64,000 nt of DNA from Strigamia acuminata. Lineage: Eukaryota. Positions 10,041 through 21,837 of the stretch are shown here, one piece after another. The stretch spans positions 27,404,001 to 27,468,000 of the forward strand of contig OX442314.1 in NCBI GenBank assembly GCA_949358305.1. The letters are read 5' to 3'. Positions within the stretch are counted from its first letter, which is position 1, and each line of letters starts with the position of its first letter. A model generated the notes under the pieces. It was given only the letters and a program-made list of their open reading frames with translations. It did not search any database and was not told the DNA's origin. A program made the position numbers and the translations under genes.

Positions 10041-10712
10041 TGTTACGAATCAACTTAGATGTTTAATTGATTTGATCTGAATTTACGCGCAAGGTGATGT
10101 TAGCGCAAATCAGTGGGCAAAGTTCGTAGATTTACTCTGTTTGTGCCATCGTCATATGCGGATATCGGACGGTGAATAAACCTAACTCGCTGTAACACAC
10201 ATTATTTATATTCGACGGGCTCAATCTCACGTTGTGGGTCTTTACGTTTAAAAAGAATGAGTATGCGCAGTGATATTCGTATGCGGGTGGGCGTAGGATG
10301 TCACAGGCATGCGAAGGGATAAAAGGTGGGCGAAAAGAGGCGCTATTAAGTGTTAAATTAGAAGGTGCGCGTGTTAAAGCGCAAAATAAAGATCGACAAA
10401 CTCAATTCAATCTAAGAGGTGTTAACTCGTTGAGAGAAGTATGAGCAGTGTGGATTATGGATAAAAGTAGCGACCAGGTAAACATGAGTCATGTGACCAG
10501 GTCGATTGGAGTGGGTGAGGGGGTGGAAGGTATGAAATAAGGTTAATTGTTGGAAATAATAAGATGTGCGCAATGAAGCTGCGCATATATTTGGAGATGA
10601 ATCATCGATGTTAGATGAAAAGAAAGATTGGGAAAAAATAAGAAAACTTAAGATTGGGTCAGTCTAAGTTAGAAATGAATAAAAAAGAAGGGTGGGTAAC
10701 CTGCCCGTGACA
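10041..10712 (-). repeat. 5' LTR (~672 bp) of the Gypsy element
   Basis: TG...CA termini with a 7-bp imperfect inverted repeat, adjacent PBS, abrupt junction into an integrase ORF. Confidence 0.85.
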
Positions 10713-12060
10713 GACTTTACAGGAAGTGGAACTGGCGTCGAGGGCAGATGAAACAATTTGTGAAATTGATAAATATTTGCAGAACGGAACAAGATTTGGA
10801 GTGCATCTTCAGAAATTCCAGCTCATTAGGAACGAGTTAGCGATGGCAAACGGGATTTTACTTCGCGGAGCACGAATTGTGATGCCGGAATCGTTGCGGA
10901 AGAGGGTGATCGAATTGGGACACCAAGGTCACCAGGGGGTTGTTAGAACCAAGCCTGCGAGAAAAGGTCTGGTGGCCTGGGTTAGACCACGATGTCGAGC
11001 GCGCTGTGCAGCGGTGTCATGCTTGCCAGCATAGCTGTGCGACAAAGATGCCCCCGAACCGATCAGGAACACAGAATTGCCAAAAGGATCGTGGCGGGAT
11101 TTAGCGATTGATATCTGTGGTCCGTTTAACGATGGCAATTCGATCGTCGTTCTCGTCGACTACTACTCACGTTGGCCCGAAGCACGAATTTTAAGATCAA
11201 CAAAGTCGGAAGTAATAATCGCTTGGTTACGTCGTCAATTTGAGCGCTGGGGAATTCCGGAGTCGCTGACTTTGGACAACGGACCGCAGTTCGTGGTCGA
11301 AGTATTTAAGAACTTTTTGGACGAACATAATGTCCACCATTGCAAGGTGACCCCGTACTGGCCCCAGGCCAATGGACAGGTTGAGCGTTTAAATAGATCA
11401 TTCGTCAAGGCTTTCCGGTCGGCGGAAGTTGAGAAGAGAGACTGGAAAAAAGCGCTCGGAACGTTCTTGCAGTCGTACCGGAGCACTCCACACCGAACGA
11501 CGGGAGTGTCGCCCTTTGAATTAATAATGAAAAGAAAGATGAGGACGAAGATTCCACAGATAATGACTGAAGAAAGAGGAAAATTACATCAAATGGTAAA
11601 GAAGAGAGATGCCGAAGAAAAGAACAAATCTAAGCGGTATGCGGATCAGCGTCGCGGGAGTAAAGAAAGCGATATTCGACAAGGCGATAGAGTTTTAGTG
11701 GCGAAGTCGAGAACGCACAAACTCGATCTGGCATACGAGCATGATTTAATGACTGTATATCGAAAGAATGGGAACTGTTTATTGCTGAAAGCAAGTGACG
11801 GCAGGATCGTGAAAAGAAATGTAACAAAAGTCAGGCGATATTTCCCAATCGATGATGACAACATTCCATTAGAGGCGGTACCAGTGCACCCGAGGCCGAA
11901 TGCCCATTTGCAGCCTGGGCCACCACCAAGAGGCGTACCACGAGGTGCGAGACCCAGAGTCTTGCCAGCTGTTGCCCCGAGGAAGTCCGAACGAAAGAGG
12001 AAAGCTCCGGAATACTTGGGCGTGTACGATACGTCGGTACGACGTAGGAGAGTAGTTTGA
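10713..12060 (+). pseudogene. Frameshifted Gypsy integrase
   Basis: GHQGHQGVVRTK / LREKVWWPGL...CHACQ / W..LAIDICGP...DNGPQF...NGQVER split by frameshifts near 10950 and 11030. Confidence 0.85.
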
Positions 12061-12399
12061 TGTTGTCATGAAAGAGTACTAATATTTAACAAAAATATTG
12101 TTTGTGTAAAGTGTAAAAAGTTCAGGCCTGGACGGAAAAATGTTATTGTGATTTGATTCAAATTGTTAATGATTTTATTTAACTTATTTATTTTAAAATA
12201 GTTTCCATGTTATTGTTTGAAAAAAAAGAGTGATGTCGTGATTTGATATGTATCCGCGCCACTAGATGGCGCTACGTATGGTGACACCTGGCGTTGGTGT
12301 TTACCTGCGTTGATTACCTGGAATAAAAGCTCAGTTGAATTTAGTACATCATACCAACCTTTGTGTCCTTATTTTGTCTGCTAAATACAGGATACGACA
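10713..12399 (+). mobile_element. Older Gypsy-type element remnant (integrase, PPT, short 3' LTR), interrupted by the left element
   Basis: Integrase HHCC and DDE core, purine tract at ~12219-12233, LTR 12234-12399 with TGTCGT...ACGACA and AATAAA. Confidence 0.85.
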
Positions 12400-13282
12400 C
12401 ACTCAACGATTCGTCCTTTTTTCATCATCTTCGCACCTAAAAGAAGTGTATATTTCATCCCTGGTTCGTATCCTCATTTTTGTACCTTAGTTTTGGGGTT
12501 CCCTAATCTACACGAAACCACTTCCCTGAACTCAACCTCCGGTTGTACATCTGTTCAAACAAAACAAAATGGCCAAAAAACCGGTTGTTTGCTTTTTCCT
12601 TTCTTATTCAAGGGGGGCTCTGCCCCCCCCCCCTGAACCACTCCTCCCACGCCCTTCCCCAACCCCCTGCCTGCTAACACTGTAGAACCAGCAAACACAA
12701 CAAAAATAACAACGGGCTGTATGATTTCCTACTTATGCTACAGTCATTAATCTCCTGATTTCCGCTTCCGTTTTCATTTGCCCCCAAAACCGTCAATGCC
12801 ATTCGATTCCCCATCCTTGACTACCCCTAAAACCAAATTTTGGAGATGATCTGAGAGGTGGCCCATAAAGTAAAATTATACCGCGGCGGCTGTGGCAACA
12901 AGATGCTCGGACCGGTGGCAGGGTATGGCGGCTATGTCGCGAGTGGCGGATGCGACGATGACTCGCCAGATGCGACGGCGACTCGGTGAATGCGACGGCG
13001 ACTCGCTGAATGTGACGCGACTCGCTGGATGCGACGGCGACGGCGACTCGCAGCGGGGTCTTGGCGCCTTTGGCACACGAATGTGTGGCGGTGGACAAGG
13101 CACTCAGATGCAGGTGCAGCGAACGGGCCAACGCAGGTACGAGGCGGCGAGCAGGCCAACGCGGATGCGAGGTAGGCGAGCGGGACAGCGCGTATGCGGC
13201 CGGCAATGAGCTGCCCACTTTCCCTCATCGAAATGAGGGAGTTTATTTATTAGATTAAGAATGGTTGGTTGCCTAAGAGAAT

Positions 13283-13859
13283 TTGATTAATTATGTGAAA
13301 TCGCAAATGTTTCCTCATTGGGGCGTGGAATACATCACAGATTGGCACTGGCTTAAAGTATTTTTAACGAGAATGTGTAATTTTGAATTAATATTTACAG
13401 TTGTTTATTGTTTTTAGGTGACGCGTTACGGAGAGTTTGTTGTACCGTTGGATAATCATACAAAGAAACCGTTCGAAAACTTAATTCTCGGTCGAGTAAT
13501 GGGTTCGACGATAAATATGCCAAAGGATTTGATTTTTGTCAGCGTTCCTAGTTGTTTTCATTCGCACAAACCCCTGATCAAGGGTGAGAAAGTGATTAAT
13601 GTATTAATTGTAGGATATATACGTTAGAATATTTAATTTTTCATTACTTAGATTTATTAAAGGATTTTGTTCCCGCGAAGGCGAATTATTTGGAGATATT
13701 CAGTCGTTCGCTTTGTTCAGGCTGGACCAGCTTCGGCGGTGAGGTAAACAAACAATGTGCTCTGTGCAGTTTTTTAAATTAATTGAATTCTAGTCTAACA
13801 AAACAATTCATTTCTAGGTACTAAAATTTCAACAAATTGATCTATGCGTCAAGAAATGA
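13283..13859 (+). pseudogene. METTL4: METTL4-like (MT-A70) 3' fragment, unit 1 (exons 13283-13357, 13418-13583, 13652-13743, 13818-13859)
   Basis: Spliced: YVKSQMFPHWGVEYITDWHWLK|VTRYGEFVVPLDNHTKKPFENLILGR...SVPSCFHSHKPLIK|DLLKDFVPAKANYLEIFSRSLCSGWTSFGGE|VLKFQ, matching remembered METTL4 C-terminal motifs (WHWVK..GE, KKPYE.LILGR, SVP..HSHKP, LELFAR.L..GWTSWGNEVLKFQ); no DPPW exon. Confidence 0.8.
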
Positions 13860-14341
13860 TAATTCATCGAATGGAATAATGACCGCAAACAGTGAGCACT
13901 TACGAATTAATTTATTTCAAAATACAAATTTGCTGACTACAATATTCAAAATAATACAGGGGGGCCATGTTAGCTGCAAAACGTGTTAAAAGTGGAAAAA
14001 CATTACACGGATTCATTAGTATGTGCGAATAACTTTGCAGCAAGTGATAAAACATGACCCAATTGGTAGTTTGTGCATTACATAAATCATTACACGTTCA
14101 CTCGGCATGCTAATATGGCCAAAGTGAATAATAATGTCCAAAAAGCAATAACAAAGACAAGTGTACTTTCTGTGGTACGTCCATAAGCTTAGGACAGGCG
14201 TCTGGAAAGTGTCAGATCCAGCAGTGATGCGTTTACACCGTGTGAGGCTCCAAGGTGCAGTGTAACTTCGGGGTCCCACAGGCGAATTTACGGTATGACG
14301 GCCTTCTTAGCAGTCTTTTTCGGTGCCCTTCACACAGATGG

Positions 14342-17300
14342 TTAGTATTTTTTCTTTAATTTAAGTAACTCAGAAATCAGCTTTTGCAAGAGTTGTGGAA
14401 TTGCAAGAATAGAAAGGCCAAGCATCAGTGAAAAACAATTTCCAATGTCACAACACAATGCAACTCCAGTGTAGGATGATACTTGTTTAAACTCTTCAAT
14501 TATGTTATTCAGTGGAATTATTGAAAGAACTTTGATTGGCCATGCATCGGGATGTTGAAAGTAAACATATGTGTCAAACACTTGTTCTTCACAAAGTGGA
14601 TGACAACCGCACTCTTTCATTACATTAATAGTTAAAGATCTGTTCATGAACAATGCCAGTGAAGTTTTAGCATCTTCAATATTAGTACAATCATCCTTTT
14701 TGATGTTGACCAAAAATGGTAACCTGAAAATATTTGAATAACCTATATTATAAACTACATCGTAGAACGTTTAGTACAAAGTTCGAAAGTGTCATTTCTT
14801 TGGTTTTTTTTATTTTGTTGAACAAAGAAAAACCGAACAAATGATACGTATGACAAATTTCTGCATAAATATTAAAAGAAAAAATACTCACTTGCACTGA
14901 ATTTTATTATAAATCTTTTTTTCGTAGCAATCTTCTTGGCATCTTGTGTGTTTGTCTCGGTCAAGGCAAGGTTGAGATTGTAAATTCAATCGGATGGTCT
15001 AAATTAAAACAATTGGTTAAGCAGTTTTGTTTACAATTGTCTGCAAACATACTTTAAACATTTTGAATGTGACAACGGTAAACGTTTTTGTTTTAATAGA
15101 TCTTCTGCTCTTGAGAATTGATGGAATGGATGGGATTGTGGCTTCGCTTGGTTGAAAGTACACCTGCGGAAAGAAAAAAACATTTTATCGTAGTACTCAA
15201 GATCAGTTTGCTTCTGATGAAATAGCCTTGCAGTTAACTAAAATACAAGATGGTGTATGTATACTTTATCTCCGTGCATTCTGCTAAGGTCTATAGTAAA
15301 TTTCTTACGGCATTATTTAGTTGTATTATGACAGTAAGTTTGTGCAGTTAGCTAAACGTCTACAGCAGCGGTCGGCAATAGGGGGACCGCGGAAGGTCGA
15401 AACTTGGATCGCGGTGACGTTTTAGCGACGTTTTTCTTTCGGTTTCTTTGGTTTTTCGGTGTTTTTTTCTTGTTTTTCCTGTTTTTTTCCCGTGTTTTTT
15501 AGGTTTAATTGGTATTTTTTGGGTTGTGTGTGTTTATTGGGGGATTTATTTGGTTTTTAAGTGTTTTTTCCGTTTTCTTAGGTTTTTAGTAAGGCTTTTA
15601 AGTGTTTTTTTTTCTAGACCGTGATACAAATTTTCAATAGTATCCGGACCCCACTTAAAATTAATTGCTGACCCCTGGCCTACAGTATACGCCAAGTGCA
15701 ATGCACTTATCTGAGTGCAAATGACAAATGGAACTTATTCATTACTTCGTACTCATCTGGCTTACAGCTTTGATGCTTGTTTGGTCGAAAACTAAAATAT
15801 ATTGCTGTAACAACACCTGCATATGTTAGTGGACCTAAGAAAACAATGTTGTTTTAGTAGTCCTATAATGTTTGCACACATTTTTAATTACGCATTTGAG
15901 ATTGATAGCATGTTCCTGTGTGCATTGGTATTTTGCTCCAAGATACATTCGATCTGAATCCAAAGTTCTGATAAGAAAATACTTTTACCGTTGTATATAA
16001 TTTTGTTAAATTTGGTTGAATTTGATTAAAGGCACGAGTTTCATCTAGCACTCACTTTTTATCTAATAAGTTACATTTATCAAACGCCTTTTGAATCAAT
16101 GGCTTTGTTCACACAATGCTTATCGACCCGTTGACACAACAGACATTTTTAAATATCGGACCAAACACTTACACTTTCAGAAAATTCCATGGCGATCGTA
16201 TTCATTATGGGTGTTTGAAATCTCCATACATCTTCCATCGATGATTTTTTCCCTCTGATAGTCTTATTCATTAAATCAATGAAGTGAATTTTACATTCTG
16301 GAATGCCTGTAGTGTTGGCATATTGGTTCCTGTAGTGTGTCATTAAGGGTCCATCCATACATGCAATTACGTTGGGCAAATATAATGTGTCATTTTCTTG
16401 AATATTTACTACATATCTTGTCGGTTCGCTCAAATATAATGTGATTCTTTCTTTGCTCACATAAACCGCTAGTAAGCCGGAAATAAAAACAAGAATACGA
16501 TACAACGTGCGTTGAAGCTTGGGCGAAGTTTTCATTGTTTTTTTCGTCAAATTTTCCAATTTGATTTGATTAACAATTTTAGTTTTTATCTGAGCATGTA
16601 GTCGAACAGGTCTGATATAATTGCAGAAGAGGAGCAAACCAAAGTGTACAATTTCAATTATAGAGAGGAGTGACAATCCCAAGCAAAATCCTAGGTTGCC
16701 GCCCAAATCGATGACCAAATTAGGAATTTTGTAAATGTAGATTTCTGTCATCCACACAGATGTTTCTTGTGACACTTTAAAATTAATACTTGTACGATTT
16801 ATATTACTGGGTTCATCTTCAAAATCTAGCAGTTAAAAATAAATAATTTCATGACATTTATGCGTTAAAATGATATTGTTTGACTTAACTAGTATCGGTG
16901 TGCACTATTAGGAGATAAACTCTTGTTTGACAAGGTCTTAAGCAACCACATTCAATTGTTGCCAGCGTGGATGTTTCGGGTATATACGAGTTTTTATACA
17001 CTTGATCCACGATTGATTTGTTTGCTTCTAAACTGCAGTCTGGCAGATTTTTGTCAGCCATGTAAGGCAATCTATCAAGTAAGTTAACCATCTATTAGCA
17101 TCCTAATGAATGATCAATGTTTACGTTAAGTAAGTTTAAACCTGCACTTAGGATTGGTTTTGAGATTTTGCTTGGTCACACAGTCTTTATAACATTCGGT
17201 CTGCTTCTTCAGACTGGGCTCACAGTAGGGGTTTCTTGAAGGCAAAAATTGATACTTGCAGGAAAGAAATACAGTTTTACTATTTTGGTTATACAAGTAT

Positions 17301-20191
17301 GTGTTGATTTATAAATTAAATGTATTATAAAAGATTTATAAATCATATGTATTATAAAAGATTTATAAATCATATGTATTATAAAAGATTTATAAATCAT
17401 ATGTATTATAAAAGATTTATAAATCATATGTATTATAAAAGATTTATAAATCATATGTATTATAAAAGATTTATAAATCATATGTATTATAAAAGATTTA
17501 TAAATCATATGTATTATAAAAGCATAGAGATAACTAATTATTCAATGCGATTCACAGTTGAATAAGCTGCAAGAACTATACAAACAAGCAATTATAACTC
17601 ACTTGACGCAAAATAAATTGAAATTCAGCTTCAATTCCCATCTGTATTGGTATAGTATATCTATACGGCATGACACCATCCTTCATTGACATCTAGCATT
17701 AAAATGTGTTATGTATATTATTAGCCTTGTGTGCGGTAGCGGTATACCACACCGCGGTAATTTTTTGGGACGCAACACTGCGGTATTCAGCAAAATACCG
17801 CAAAACGGTATACCGCAATATCGCAAATATCGCAATACTGGATAATACTGCAATACCGCATATACCACAAAAAGCTGCAACAAACTAAATGGCGCTTTAA
17901 CCAATTGATCTGAAATTCTATCTAAACGCATAATGCCTTATACCAAAACGGTACATTTTACGGGTCACTACAAAACATGGGGTACACCCCAATTGGGGTA
18001 CCCCATGGGGTATACCCCAAAGTCCTAAAAATAAACAAATAATCATAAATGTAATAATTATAATGTAAACATTTTCTTGTTCTCTAAAAAAAAATAAAAA
18101 TTTCAAATGTTTTTACTCAAAAAAACGAAAATTTCATTTGTGTTACCGTCTGTCTCACATTTTCCAACTACCCTTCATATAGCTTGAAACCCAGACACAA
18201 GTGATCAATAATAATCGTCCCCATGGCCAATCACATAGCTCCATGCATCTTGGGCTATAATATGGCGCCAAACTCGATTTTTGAACTGTTTAATCCGATG
18301 CGTGGAATTGTAGGACAAGAAAATTTGTTTTTACACGAAAAAGCATGAATTTCTCACCAATAAAATTTATTGACACCTAAAAACTTTGTATTTATACCAA
18401 ACTAATTTGTTTCCTTCTGAAATAATTTGTTTTTTCCCGAAATAATTTGTTTTTTCTCAAATAATTTTTATTTACACATTCTGTATTGATATTTCCTCTC
18501 ATTGTGCACCCCCAGCACTCTATTGGAGACCTGCTTGCGGTCTGAGAAAGGCCTGCACGTGTCAACCATCACAAAAATCACAAAAATAAATTTTTTGACT
18601 AAAAAATCGATGATTTTATTCAACAATAAATCTTTAAAGAACATTACAATTCGATAAAAATGAAGAAAAAACGATAAAAATCGGTTTTATCAATTTTTAC
18701 CGATTTTTATCGATTTTTACCGATTTTTATCGATTTTTACTGATTTTTATCGTTTTTTCTCCATTTTTATCGATTTTTTTAAATCGATTTGTAATGTTTT
18801 TTAAAGATTTATTGTTGAATAAAATAATCGATTTTTGAGTCAAATAATCGATTTCTTAGTCAAATAATTGATTTTTTAGTCAAATAATCGATTTTTGAGT
18901 CAAAAAATTTATTTTTGTGATTTGTAAGTCAAAAAATAAATTTCTGTGATTTGTGAGTCAAAAAATTGATTTTTTTGATTTCTAACATGTAATGTCATGT
19001 TTTTGTATGTAATTTAAATTTTTTTTTTTGTAATTTTCATTTCAATTATTTTACTAATTTTTTTTTATTTATTACACATTCCAGGACTTTGGGGTATACC
19101 CCATGGGGTACCCCATTTGGGGTACACCCCGTGTTTTGCAGTGACCCACATTTTACTTTTATCCTTCCATTGGTTAAAAATACCGGATAAGGCTACTGGT
19201 AGGTGCGGGCTATTTTGTCTAATCAGTTTATTTGACGCCATCTTTATGGCAACGACTATAGCAAGCTGATTTGACGAATCGATTTTGACAAAATAAACTG
19301 ACCGTAATCATTGGTGCTTTACAGGTCCCATTTTTCTTAACGACGACATTAAATTTTCTGTTTAGAGCTAGTTTTAAATCTAGAAAAAATAGTTTAGTCA
19401 AAAATTATTTAAACAGACTAGATGATTATCGTATATTAATTTCACCTGTTATTGTCACAGTCAGTGTACGGCCTACTACATAATCGTTGTATTTTAATGC
19501 AATTGTTTTACCCCGATTTGTATAATTGCCACTTTTTATCTTAGTGCCAAGTAACACAGTTTTGTCCTAAAAAAAGTTATTGGCAAATTATTGGAAACAA
19601 TATTTATTAATATGGCTTTTTTACGTATCCAAAAGAACATACTGTATAGTAAATATAATTTCTTTTTAAATTGCATAAAGGAATAATGTTACTTACCTGT
19701 CTAAATTTTATGTGCTGCAAATTTTCTGAAATGTTGGAATGTTCCCACAAGTGAGAATAATTTTCAACCTTGACTTGCTGTGAGATGATTCCTCTCACTG
19801 GGAGCCTGCAATCTCTCATTAACTCTTGTGCACCATCAATTGTGTTCGGTTCTGGTATTTTGACCCAGTACTTTGACATCAATGGAGTATCTAGGCCCGT
19901 GAGCATAATTTCAGGGAATCTGTTTTCCTGTATTGGAACATATTCGATTTCAACTTTGAAAGGTCCAGTCATGTAGAAGCAAAATCTTTCCCAAGTTTGA
20001 TAACTGAAGATGCCGAAGCAAACGACCAAACCAAGCAACCAAATGAAACGAAGTATACCAGTGTTCTCGAGAACTTGGTTTATAAATTGAAAACTATCTT
20101 TGCCCGTTAGTGAAGTTTGCATTTTTTGTTGCACATATTGGCGAATACGGTTACGGGTCCGACGAATAAGCAACGCTCTAGGAGCCGTCAT
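14342..20191 (-). CDS. Double-domain DEG/ENaC (pickpocket/ASIC-like) channel gene, copy 1, about 11 exons
   Basis: Exon 1 20191-19697 with TM1 (RFIWLLGLVVCFGIFSYQ) and FPEI; Cys-rich thumb (ECGCLRPC); TM2 DLGGNLGFCLGLS; second TM1 + LPNVIAC in the same exon (16825-16173); GTCY; ECGCHPLC; second TM2 DIGNCFSLMLGLS; GT-AG introns. Confidence 0.85.
15366..15677. mobile_element. hAT-like MITE in channel intron (also 23350-23661 and 32226-32543)
   Basis: TIRs CAGCGGTCGGCAA / TTGCTGACCCCTG, near-perfect 8-bp TSD gtctacag/gcctacag; absent from copies 4 and 5. Confidence 0.7.
17320..17522. repeat. 27-bp intronic minisatellite (ATGTATTATAAAAGATTTATAAATCAT), 7 units plus a partial
   Basis: Direct tandem repeats; gives the MYYKRFINH periodic ORF. 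Confidence 0.95.
17962..19147. mobile_element. Non-autonomous DNA transposon with long TIRs and 9-bp TSD (Mutator-like), copy 1
   Basis: GGGTCACTACAAAACATGGGGTACACCCC... and ...GGGGTACACCCCGTGTTTTGCAGTGACCC; TSD ACATTTTAC on both sides; empty site in copy 3 at ~34657. Confidence 0.85.
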
Positions 20192-21257
20192 TTTTCTTCA
20201 AATCAACTTTAAAAGCTAAAACTACACAACTTACGTGCAGTTTAACGTCGATGGTACTTAAATGATGAAAACTAATTATATTTTAAATTAACTTTCGTAT
20301 TTGGAAATAATTTTAAATTAATTTAATTTCTTTTTCACACGAACTGAAAATGATTATGGTTGTAAAACTCCAAAAGTTAATTTGTTTCCAACTTAATGTT
20401 ATCTAAGGCAATGACTTTCCTCAATGAAAGGAACTAAAGTCATTAAAGTTTAATGAAATATTGACCTTTCAAAACTATAAGCTGAATTTATGATGGATGT
20501 TTGCAAGAGAGGAGTCAGTTTATATCATTTTTTACCAATAATTTTTTGAAAGTATAAAATATCTCGCCACGGTCATTTATTTTGTCGCGTCCTTTGCAAG
20601 TAATGTTAAATAACCGTGGTTTGTTTTACCTGATCGTTTCTACCAAAATAATATTCTACAATATACTTAAAGGAATAAAGTGTTCGTGTCAGGTGCAGTC
20701 TTGTCCATAGCAACCTGGGGATTGATTACTATGGGTGGAACTGGACCTCACGTAAATAATGGAGACAGGGATTCCGGATTGTTGGGTTTTGGTCTTTAAT
20801 CCGTTGTCAAGGGGTCGGAGTTCCCATCACCGTGTCGGCGATGCCCTTAGAGCATGCCACACCCGCAACCAACCCGTCAAACACAGAGCGTTTTCCCTTG
20901 AGTGACGTGGTCGGATAATACTGTTGCATATATGATGCGTGCAACTCCGACTGCAGGAATGCAGTCGTCATGTTTGTCTTCCTGTTTGGGCATGAAAGCC
21001 CAAGAGAAAGTAAGACGTGTTATCTGAGTGGGATTTTAGAGTCGATTAGTTTATTTATTCCATTAAGAATGGTTGGTTTCCTAGGAGAATCCTAGGCAAC
21101 CAACAAAATGGCTTCCCGTGGTTCGAGCGTTTGCTCTCCATCACCGCCATTGCATTTTGGGTATTTTGGCCTACTTTTATGTATACATACACCAGTGAAA
21201 TGGCTAAGCCAATAGGAACTTCCTACTACCTAACAGTGAGTCAGAGTATAGGAGAAT

Positions 21258-21837
21258 TTGATTAATTGTGTGAAATCGCAAAAGTTTCCTCATTGGGGCG
21301 TGGAATACATCACAGATTGGCACCAGTTTAAAGTATTTTTAACGAGAATTTATAATTTTGAATTAATATTTACAGCTGTTTATTGTTTTTAGGTGACACG
21401 TTACGGAAAGTTTGTTGTACCATTGGATAATCATACAAAGAAACCGTACGAAAACTTAATTCTCGGTCGAGTAATGGGTTCGACGATAAATATGCCAAAG
21501 GATTTGATTTTTGTCAGCGTTCCTAGTTGTTTTCATTCGCACAAACCACTGATCAAGGGTGAGAAAGTGATTAATGTGTTAATTTTAGGATATATACATT
21601 AGAATATTTAATTTTTCATTACTTAAGATTTATTGAAGGATTTTGTTCCCGCGAAGGCGAATTATTTGGAGATATTCAGTCGTTCGCTTTGTTCAGGCTG
21701 GACCAGCTTCGGCGATGAGGTAAACAAACAATGTGCTCTGTGCAGTTTTTTAATTTAATTGAATTCTAGTCTAACAAAACAATTCATTTCTAGAGGTACT
21801 AAAATTTCAACAATTTGATCTATACGTCAAGAAATGA
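21258..21837 (+). pseudogene. METTL4: METTL4-like 3' fragment, unit 2
   Basis: Same exons as unit 1 (KKPYENLILGR, HSHKP, GWTSFGDE, VLKFQ); 5' truncated. Confidence 0.8.

Larger units (their letters stand above)
1..10712 (-). mobile_element. Ty3/Gypsy LTR retrotransposon (5' LTR, PBS, gag, pol, extra ORF3); 3' end outside the window
   Basis: LTR 10041-10712 with TGTCACG...CGTAACA termini, tRNA-type PBS, uninterrupted gag and PR-RT-RH-IN pol in Gypsy domain order. Confidence 0.95.

Noticed and set aside
12793..13258. Cluster of overlapping ORFs
   Set aside because: GC-rich degenerate GATGCGACGGCGACTCG repeat, also at ~55030-55160; stop-poor by composition
13283..13859. Functional methyltransferase paired with each channel as a two-gene module
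   Set aside because: No start or catalytic DPPW exon in any unit, and several copies are clearly decayed
17209..17565. Periodic ORFs (MIYKSFIIH / MYYKRFINH) or a possible CRISPR-like array
   Set aside because: Head-to-tail 27-bp minisatellite without spacers, intronic, variable among copies
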